DNA of 64,000 bases from an uncultured virus (IMG/VR IMGVR_UViG_3300037991_001521) (Duplodnaviria > Heunggongvirae > Uroviricota > Caudoviricetes > Autographiviridae). Position numbers and translations under genes: made by a program. The stretch lies in the IMG/VR virus record IMGVR_UViG_3300037991_001521, positions 1 through 64,000 of that record. The stretch is one strand, 5' to 3'. The notes under the pieces were generated by a model. It was not told the DNA's origin. It saw only the letters and a list, made by a program, of their open reading frames with translations, and did no database searches. Positions 10,394 to 17,029 of this stretch are shown here, piece after piece (within the stretch, counting starts at the first letter, position 1; each line of letters opens with the position of its first letter).

Positions 10394-12994
10394 TTACAGT
10401 TTTCTCCTGTAGAATCTAGGTGTATAGTTTCCTTCCCACATCATAGAGTTCAGCGCAACAGGGAAAGGAGAATCGTTGAAAATTCTAAGGAAGAAGTTAT
10501 CAGTGCGCTGATGGATTGCAATAGAGAACACACTCTGTTCAGCCAGTGCAACGTCGTTTGCAAGATAAGTGTTTGCTAAAATCTCAGGATTCAAGTTGTA
10601 CCACTCATCAATGTAAATCATGATTGCAGCACCATCAGCCGGTGCTGTGGTGATTCTAATTTCAGTATCACTAAGGAATGTAAAATTTGTTTCAGCAATG
10701 CCGTTGACTTTTACCTTAACTTGGTTTCTGTCAACAAAGTTTACTTCTGTAGATGTGAAGGGAAAGTCAGTTGTCGTGCCGTCACCTGTGTAATTTTTGG
10801 TGTACGGCATCCGACCTGTTTGTTTTAGCTTGAAGCCCATAACCCCTGACAGTCCGACAGAAAACTTCATACGTGCAATGACAAGAGATGCAGTGAAGTC
10901 TGTTATTGAGTCGTCAGGTCTGAAGTAAGTTCTAGGTAGTTCTACATCAAATGTATATTTGTAGCCAACAATAACGTCACTAGCAACGCTGGTCAGATCT
11001 TTCTTAGGTACAATAAAGTGATCTCCAGTACCGTCTGTGTCCTGCGTCGGTGTGATAGTAAAACCAGACTCAACAAAACTTCCTGCTGCTGTACTACCTT
11101 TAATAACAAGCACAGGCGTCAAACCTGTAACTTTGTTAAATGGCAGATAGCACTTAGACAACTCATTGGTAGAGTCGTAGACAACTGACGATGCAGTTGC
11201 ATACAGGTCCACACACGGATTGACTCGCTGACCATCGTTGTTGACAATGATAGCCTGCGAGGGTGACTGACTAAGACTTGCTTTAGTCAATGTAAACTGA
11301 CTGGCCTGTTTGGTAACAAGGTACATGTCGTCACTATCGACCGCCATGCCTTGTACATTACCTTGTACTTTCCATTCAAACCAGGCTTGCACTACATTTT
11401 TTTCACCGTCGTTGTACGTACGGAACAAGTAGATTTCATCGCTTGACTGTGTAGACATAGCAATGAACTGGTTTTGTGGACTAGCAATCAACGTGTCGAT
11501 CGTTGCTGGTACCCATTCGTTGACAACACGACCGATGTCTAAGACCTGTGGATTTTCTTCTTGACCACGTGTCACCATGCTAAACGTACGTGTATAGCTT
11601 GGCGTCTTACTAATAAATGCAATGTTCGGTCCAACATCAACAGGATCAACCTTAGTGTCCATCTCATAGTTTGAGATAGCACGGATAATGGTTGACGTAG
11701 GTGTCAAGATACCAGTGTCAGAGAACATAATAAACTGCTGCGTCTGAGCAAACAGAATCAAACCCTGAGTGGTAGGAATGACAGCGTGCAGTGCAGCAGG
11801 TCTAATAGACGAACAGCTCAGGTCAACAGGGTCAGCATCAACAACAGTCTGTGCACTGACGTGGTAGAAGTTAAAGAACTCACCAGCCTGGCTCATAGAC
11901 ACATTGTCTTTAGACAGAAAGCCAAGGCGATTGTTGTGGAAAAAAGCCTGCTGAATTTTTTCGCCAACAAAACTGGGATGAGAATTAGTTATGTCATCAC
12001 CTACTAACCTATCAGTGTAGCTTATCTGTCGGAAGGTGAATGCGTTAGTTGCAGTATTGATCAGTTCGTGAGGTACTGTAGACTTATCAAGACCAGAAGA
12101 AACAGCAGGTGATCGTGTCTCTTCATAGAAACCAGTACCTGACACACCGTCATCTGCAACAAACTTCGCGTAGTACGTGTCGTTTGCGCTAGCGGTGTTG
12201 ATGATCTTAACAATATGTCCGTCAAACGATTGCGTTGGCAATTGTGATACGTTGTCAACTTGATCCTGGAATACAGTCAGTTTGCTGTTATCTGCACCAC
12301 CCTTGGCAGAAATAGTGAAAGCAGTACGTGTACCACTTACAACTCTGTCAAGTTCAAGAGATGCGGCGTATTTTGTGACTGTTAGTCCAGTAATAGACAA
12401 ACCGTCAATAGCAGTCTTCAGGTCAGTCAATACATCATCGTAAGTATCACTAGAAGACGAGTTGTGTGTTGTGATAGCACTACCGTTGATAGTCACATCA
12501 AAACTAGAGCTAGCAGCTATGCCAGACAAAACCAAGGTTGCTCGTGTCTTTTCAACAAACGTTGGGTCTGCAACCTTTGCTGCAACAATTTTGTTGTTCG
12601 TAATGATCGATGTATCTTGTACAGTCAGTACATCATAGTTATCACGGTCACCAGTCAGATATGCCTGTGCTCCAGAACCGTACGTCACAGTACATTGTGT
12701 ACCATCTACGTTCCAGATAGCAATAGTCCCGTTGCCTGATACAGGCTTAGGCGTAATGACTCCAATATATTTTTCGTCGTCAGTTCTGTGGATGAAAAAC
12801 CATTTGCCTCCATCGTACGTTGTGCCAGTACCCAGGTTAGCGATGTGCTCAAAACCAGGCCGTTTAGTCAGACCAAAGGTGGGGTCTGGATAGCCGTTAA
12901 GACACTCACGAACCTGTCCCGGTAGCTTTTTGTCATCTGATTGTCGTGATACACCACCAAGGTAGTTATTGATTCGTTGAGTTACGGCTGCCAT
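10394..12994 (-). CDS. Tail tubular protein B (gp12/nozzle), copy A
   Basis: N-terminal LGGVSRQSD...GLTKRPG and central PSFVG...FFHNNRLGF motifs typical of gp12. Confidence 0.92.
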   Translation of the reverse strand: MAAVTQRINNYLGGVSRQSDDKKLPGQVRECLNGYPDPTFGLTKRPGFEHIANLGTGTTYDGGKWFFIHRTDDEKYIGVITPKPVSGNGTIAIWNVDGTQCTVTYGSGAQAYLTGDRDNYDVLTVQDTSIITNNKIVAAKVADPTFVEKTRATLVLSGIAASSSFDVTINGSAITTHNSSSSDTYDDVLTDLKTAIDGLSITGLTVTKYAASLELDRVVSGTRTAFTISAKGGADNSKLTVFQDQVDNVSQLPTQSFDGHIVKIINTASANDTYYAKFVADDGVSGTGFYEETRSPAVSSGLDKSTVPHELINTATNAFTFRQISYTDRLVGDDITNSHPSFVGEKIQQAFFHNNRLGFLSKDNVSMSQAGEFFNFYHVSAQTVVDADPVDLSCSSIRPAALHAVIPTTQGLILFAQTQQFIMFSDTGILTPTSTIIRAISNYEMDTKVDPVDVGPNIAFISKTPSYTRTFSMVTRGQEENPQVLDIGRVVNEWVPATIDTLIASPQNQFIAMSTQSSDEIYLFRTYNDGEKNVVQAWFEWKVQGNVQGMAVDSDDMYLVTKQASQFTLTKASLSQSPSQAIIVNNDGQRVNPCVDLYATASSVVYDSTNELSKCYLPFNKVTGLTPVLVIKGSTAAGSFVESGFTITPTQDTDGTGDHFIVPKKDLTSVASDVIVGYKYTFDVELPRTYFRPDDSITDFTASLVIARMKFSVGLSGVMGFKLKQTGRMPYTKNYTGDGTTTDFPFTSTEVNFVDRNQVKVKVNGIAETNFTFLSDTEIRITTAPADGAAIMIYIDEWYNLNPEILANTYLANDVALAEQSVFSIAIHQRTDNFFLRIFNDSPFPVALNSMMWEGNYTPRFYRRKL

Positions 12995-13614
12995 TATCGT
13001 GTAAGAGCTTTGTAAGGTTGGAAACTGATATACTGATTAGTGTTACCAGCATGACCAAAATAAGTATAGTCACCCTGATTACATTCATACTCCATAGCCA
13101 TAGCCCTGGTGTATGCTTCTTTTTGTTGAAGGATTTGATATTGGTTAGCGTCACCCACAATACGACTAGAAACGATTGTAGCTGCCCTAGAAGAAATAAA
13201 ATCCTTAATAGGCTGCGGTAGGTCAACCCAATCAAATAGCCATACAACATCACATTCGAGTTTTGTGAAGTTTGTCCACTTAAAGGTGTGGTGAACTGGA
13301 TCGTAGAGTTTGCCACTGCGACGACTTGCTTTGTATTCAACGTTAGCAGGAACATCGCTAAGATCAATTTGCAGAATGTTTGCAGGAATCAACACTTCAT
13401 TATCTGTATTGGGTACAAACTCAAAGTTGTTTTCTTTGTTAAATGTCCATCCCTCCGCCTGTACTTCCCGTGAGACTTCAAGCAAAGTCTGATAGGCAAT
13501 CGCAACGTCCGGGTTGGTTTGATCTAGGGTAGTCACAGGCGCTTGACCACATGACTGCAGAATTTGATTCACAGCTGGAAGTTCTTGCTGCGCGTTAGTG
13601 GTAGGAAAAGCCAT
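12994..13614 (-). CDS. Tail tubular protein A (gp11), copy A
   Basis: Start refined to MAFPTT (13614) by alignment with 58204..58818; ELPAVNQIL...VQAEGWTFN motif. Confidence 0.92.
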   Translation of the reverse strand: MAFPTTNAQQELPAVNQILQSCGQAPVTTLDQTNPDVAIAYQTLLEVSREVQAEGWTFNKENNFEFVPNTDNEVLIPANILQIDLSDVPANVEYKASRRSGKLYDPVHHTFKWTNFTKLECDVVWLFDWVDLPQPIKDFISSRAATIVSSRIVGDANQYQILQQKEAYTRAMAMEYECNQGDYTYFGHAGNTNQYISFQPYKALTR

Positions 13615-13620
13615 ATAAAT

Positions 13621-13647
13621 AAAAAAAAGGGACCCCGAAGGATCCCT
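13621..13647 (-). terminator. Intrinsic terminator after capsid (T-phi analogue), copy A
   Basis: AGGGATCC-TTCG-GGGTCCCT stem-loop plus T-run between capsid stop and gp11; same hairpin at 58825..58850. Confidence 0.9.
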
Positions 13648-13660
13648 GTAGGTTGATAAA

Positions 13661-14797
13661 TCAGAATGCGGCAGGCTTGGTAGCGGTGCCAGCAAACAGT
13701 TCCACTGCACAGGCAGGGTTCAGGTAGTCTGCGCCCATGGCGAGACGACCCAGGATCACGTCGCCTTGGTAGACCACGGAGACGTCACCGCTGGTGACCT
13801 GGACCTGAGGGCCAATAGCTTCAACGCAGCCAGCGGCTTCGCGTTGGAAGATAAGACCACAGGAGTTTGCGAATTCGGTTTCTTCACCGTACTCGTTGTT
13901 GATGCCAGTGACATCGTTAGCAGCATCTTCCACAGCTTCGCTGACAAAGGAGCCAGTGTTACCGGGGGAGGTGGTGCCAGGGTTGGTTGCAGAACCAGTT
14001 CCGTACTTGGTGCCATACTGGCTAAAGAACGGAATGTTCATGGACTTGAAGATCTTGATACCAGCAATCTCCACAATGCCCTGACCGGACTGCAGGGCAG
14101 CGCCTTGCTCGTCACGGTTGATCAGTCCGTTGTTGCCAACTTCCTGGATCAGTGCATAGTATTGACGTGGGTTCAGAACACCTACACGACCTTCTTGAGA
14201 CACACCCTTCTCATCCATCGCAGCAGCAGCGTCGAAGAAAGCGGTGGTCAGTTTCTGAGCATCGTATGCATCAGATGCGTTGGCAGTAGCACCAACACGG
14301 ATTTGGGTGCCACCCGGCTCAACGAAGTTAGACTTGGTGATAGGGGAAGCAGCACGTGCACCGCGAGTGATAGCGCGGAAGATCAGACGATCATACTTTT
14401 GTGCAAGTGCATAACCGATCTTACGTGAGATTTCAGAACGCAGATCGTAGTGGGCAAGAGTTTCATCCAGGTCATACAAAAATGCACTGGAGATGAGCAG
14501 ATCATCAACGGTGATGGTCTTCTCAGCCACCGGAGGTGCACCGTCGGAGTTACCGAGGATTGCGTTTCCGGGGGTGTGGTACTCAGCCGTGGTGCGACCA
14601 GTGTAGATGAACTGCATAGATTTGCCGTTCGTCAGCGTACGCTTCATGATCAGATCACGAGCGATAGCATTATACTGGAAGCCTTTGAACATTTCTCCAC
14701 TGAACAACTTCAGGTAGAGAGCGCGGGCGTCACCCGCAGAATTAGCCTGACCAGGACGAGTCAGACTCGTGGTCAGCGTAGAACTTTGATGTGCCAT
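13661..14797 (-). CDS. Major capsid protein (gp10), copy A
   Basis: ALYLKLFSGEMFKGF...EKTITVDDLLISSAF motif of T7-like cyanophage capsids. Confidence 0.96.
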   Translation of the reverse strand: MAHQSSTLTTSLTRPGQANSAGDARALYLKLFSGEMFKGFQYNAIARDLIMKRTLTNGKSMQFIYTGRTTAEYHTPGNAILGNSDGAPPVAEKTITVDDLLISSAFLYDLDETLAHYDLRSEISRKIGYALAQKYDRLIFRAITRGARAASPITKSNFVEPGGTQIRVGATANASDAYDAQKLTTAFFDAAAAMDEKGVSQEGRVGVLNPRQYYALIQEVGNNGLINRDEQGAALQSGQGIVEIAGIKIFKSMNIPFFSQYGTKYGTGSATNPGTTSPGNTGSFVSEAVEDAANDVTGINNEYGEETEFANSCGLIFQREAAGCVEAIGPQVQVTSGDVSVVYQGDVILGRLAMGADYLNPACAVELFAGTATKPAAF

Positions 14798-14827
14798 TGT
14801 AAGGAGTAAATAGTATTAACCAACTCC

Positions 14828-14945
14828 CAAAGCTTTGAGAAAAATTTTTTGTGGTCTATCCCACCGTCTAGACGGCTAATGGGTATCCGCGTACGGGCCA
14901 AAAGCCAATGCAAGGGAGGTCCGACTCTGAGGTGCCTCCCAAGCT
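14828..14945 (-). ncRNA. Conserved structured RNA/regulatory leader upstream of capsid (element 3), copy A
   Basis: Near-identical to 60048..60177; GGGAGG/CCTCCC hairpin, CCG-TACG-CGG hairpin, GGCT/AGCC to GGCG/CGCC covariation, palindromes. Confidence 0.7.
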
Positions 14946-14946
14946 T

Positions 14947-15099
14947 TTACAGAAGACCTTTAAGGCACTTCTTTTGTTTGCGACATTGTGGTTTCTTGTC
15001 ACCACAGTGACCACAACGATTGAAAGCTATACCGTTATCAACAGTATCAGGTACTGTTTTAGTGATAGCAGCTTTAACAACCTTAGATTGATGTGGCAT
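14947..15099 (-). CDS. Small Cys-rich protein (50 aa, CGHC...C...C), copy A
   Basis: MPHQSKVVKAAITK...FNRCGHCGDKKPQCRKQKKCLKGLL, conserved with synonymous changes at 60346..60498. Confidence 0.75.
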   Translation of the reverse strand: MPHQSKVVKAAITKTVPDTVDNGIAFNRCGHCGDKKPQCRKQKKCLKGLL

Positions 15100-15115
15100 G
15101 ATGTATCTAAATTTA

Positions 15116-15187
15116 TGTAGGCGTGGACGCTTTCCGATCATCCACTCCTTAAACCGTTCCTTCGGGCTTTACAATTGTGGAAAGCTC
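15116..15187 (-). ncRNA. Candidate pseudoknotted cis-regulatory RNA (element 2), copy A
   Basis: 72 nt with 3 differences from 60515..60586, two forming a compensatory A-U to G-C pair; 5' CUUUCC complementary to hairpin loop GGAAAG. Confidence 0.7.
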
Positions 15188-15196
15188 AGAAGATAT

Positions 15197-15313
15197 TTAG
15201 TTAGATGCGACATTGCGCTTAACAATGTAAGCAACACCACGATACTTCAAGACAATTTCTTTTTGCTTGGCTTGCTGTTCGCGGACACGTTGACGCAATT
15301 CAATTTGAGACAT
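15197..15313 (-). CDS. DUF4278-type downstream peptide (38 aa), copy A
   Basis: MSQIELRQRVREQQAKQKEIVLKYRGVAYIVKRNVASN; LxYRGVxY motif; directly 3' of the riboswitch; conserved at 60594..60707. Confidence 0.85.
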   Translation of the reverse strand: MSQIELRQRVREQQAKQKEIVLKYRGVAYIVKRNVASN

Positions 15314-15327
15314 GATGAACTTCAATA

Positions 15328-15378
15328 ACCTTACCCCCCGTTCCATGAGTAAGATGCCTGCGTCCCGAAGGATGAACG
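15328..15378 (-). promoter_or_regulatory. Glutamine-II (Downstream-peptide) riboswitch, copy A
   Basis: CGUUCA-UCC(UUCG)GGA-CGCA...stem with loop AUGGAACGGG pairing to 5' CGUUC; compensatory changes versus copy B; upstream of a YRGV peptide. Confidence 0.85.
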
Positions 15379-15390
15379 TACGGCTGAAGT

Positions 15391-15540
15391 CTATTTCTTT
15401 TTTGCAGTCTTGGCAGAACGCTTAAAGTTTGCTGCAGTTGGTGCGCCTTTTGATCCAGGCTTACGCATCTTCTCGCCACTGCCTGCAGCGATGCGCTTAC
15501 GTTTGGCGTGGATGTTAGCGTACAATCCTCGTTTAGCCAT
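15391..15540 (-). CDS. Small basic protein (49 aa, MAKRGLYANIHAKRKRI...)
   Basis: Conserved homolog at 61148..61297; start refined to ATG 15540. Confidence 0.8.
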   Translation of the reverse strand: MAKRGLYANIHAKRKRIAAGSGEKMRKPGSKGAPTAANFKRSAKTAKKK

Positions 15541-15748
15541 AAGTCTTTTTAGATTTCTTTTTAGCAAGAGGTAGTTGTGGACCAGTCCGCTTAAGAAAAG
15601 TTTCTTTCTCGTGCGGGTTGTTTGTGCTTTTACCTTTGTTGTAGATCTTTTGTTTCTTTTGTGCACCTCTGTGGCCTGGGCCAATGTCAAAGGACTGCGA
15701 AACAAAATTGCTGTTGAAGGCTTTTTGATCAACTCGTTTGCTGTTCAT
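15533..15748 (-). CDS. Small basic hypothetical protein (MNSKRVDQ...)
   Basis: TAATG coupling with the upstream gene; Lys-rich; copy A only. Confidence 0.6.
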   Translation of the reverse strand: MNSKRVDQKAFNSNFVSQSFDIGPGHRGAQKKQKIYNKGKSTNNPHEKETFLKRTGPQLPLAKKKSKKTYG

Positions 15749-16015
15749 TAGCATTTCCATTTGCGAAGTGCAAGAGCCTTCCGTGTAGGACGACCCTTGC
15801 TGTCTTTCATTGGTCCCTTCATGCCCTTGAACCGGGCGCAGAAAGAACGTTTACGAGGTCCGCCTTTTGGCTGAGGTGCCTTGAGATTCGACCCTGTAGC
15901 TCTGTTATATTTACGNNNNNNNNNNACCGGCAGCCGTCAAGCCACCAGACCGCGATTTGTGTACACCGATCTTAAGACTTACTGAACGTGTACTACTTTT
16001 TGTAGCCTTTGCCAC
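15748..16015 (-). CDS. Small basic phage protein (DUF6321-like), spans an N gap
   Basis: ...KSRSGGLTAAG-[gap]-RKYNRATGSNLKAPQPKGGPRKRSFCARFKGM...RKALALRKWKC. Confidence 0.65.
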
Positions 16016-16055
16016 CTTTCTTGCCTCCGCAAGAGCCTTTGCCTTTGTGTGCCAT
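15993..16055 (-). CDS. Tiny Lys/Gly-rich peptide (20 aa)
   Basis: MAHKGKGSCGGKKGGKGYKK; TAATG coupling with the upstream ORF. Confidence 0.45.
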   Translation of the reverse strand: MAHKGKGSCGGKKGGKGYKK

Positions 16056-16228
16056 TAGGCCATTCTCCGGCGACGACGCAGGGCGGCAAAGTCATCACCG
16101 CCAATCTTCATCTTGTCACCAGCCATGCGAGCAATCTTTTGTTGCTTAGGCGAAAGCTTTTTTTTCTTTTTAGACTTACCAGGTGGTCGGCCAACTTTGG
16201 AGCCGTAGGTTCCAGGTCCGCTAGGCAT
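16055..16228 (-). CDS. Small basic protein (57 aa, MPSGPGTYGSKVGRP...DFAALRRRRRMA)
   Basis: Conserved homolog at 61297..61464. Confidence 0.8.
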   Translation of the reverse strand: MPSGPGTYGSKVGRPPGKSKKKKKLSPKQQKIARMAGDKMKIGGDDFAALRRRRRMA

Positions 16229-16255
16229 TGTTTAATACTTTGTAAGGTTAACGTG

Positions 16256-17023
16256 TTAGAAATCAATGTCAGACCGTTCAAGTTTCTGCATGATCTCTTG
16301 TCGATATGCAGGATCACGAGAGTAACGTGGATCGTTCATAGCTTCAACAAGTTCAGCTTGACTGCGGAAAACATTTTGATTGTTTGAAGGAGCCTTGCCT
16401 TGGATAAGGTTTCCTTCAACACCAATAGAATCTTGGTACTTATATGCCAGAGCCTGCACCGCAAAGTATGCGGCAGCAGGGTTACCAGAATCCATCACCT
16501 CATCATACAAAGTAACTTCATCCTCAGACATATTCTGGCTAGCCCATTGCACCATGTTGTCGTAATTTTCTTCACCACCAACGACACCCTTCAACCCCTG
16601 AACGTCTTGTTCAGTAAGTTGACGAGGTTCATTGGATTGCATCTCATTACGATACTCCAGGTACATTTTGGCAAGGTCACCGGGCTTAGCCTCTGCTAGT
16701 TCTTTCAAAGTCTCCTCTGAAAACTCGCCTTTGGATTCTTCCCAAAGACGATCTAGCAGGGACGCATCAGGACCTTCTTCTTGTTCCTCTTCTTGTTCCT
16801 CTACAGTTTCTTCTGTAGATTCTTCAGTCGTGTTACTTTCACCAAGTTTCTTTTGCAGTTCTAGGTATGCAGACTCAAGCTCTTGTGCGTTCTTGTATTT
16901 ACCAGCAAGCATTTGCTCCTGGTCTTGCTGCATCTGTTCGCCAACTTGCAAAGAATCTTGTTCATCTGCATTAAGTTCTCCCGGTGCATTTTCTTCCGGG
17001 ATCATCGACATTACTTCAGCCAT
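16256..17023 (-). CDS. Capsid assembly scaffolding protein (gp9), copy A
   Basis: Acidic; LAGKYKNAQELESAY and FRSQAELVEAMNDPRY motifs; follows portal. Confidence 0.93.
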   Translation of the reverse strand: MAEVMSMIPEENAPGELNADEQDSLQVGEQMQQDQEQMLAGKYKNAQELESAYLELQKKLGESNTTEESTEETVEEQEEEQEEGPDASLLDRLWEESKGEFSEETLKELAEAKPGDLAKMYLEYRNEMQSNEPRQLTEQDVQGLKGVVGGEENYDNMVQWASQNMSEDEVTLYDEVMDSGNPAAAYFAVQALAYKYQDSIGVEGNLIQGKAPSNNQNVFRSQAELVEAMNDPRYSRDPAYRQEIMQKLERSDIDF

Positions 17024-17029
17024 AGGTGG

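Noticed and set aside
14828..15187. Naming elements 2 and 3 as known motifs or ribozymes (wcaG, manA, PhotoRC, twister, HDV, hammerhead)
   Set aside because: I could not match their consensus cores by eye; needs an Infernal search
14798..16255. psbA / hli expected between scaffold and capsid
   Set aside because: No D1 or HLIP sequence in either copy; the N gap at 15916-15925 lies inside a gene that reads through
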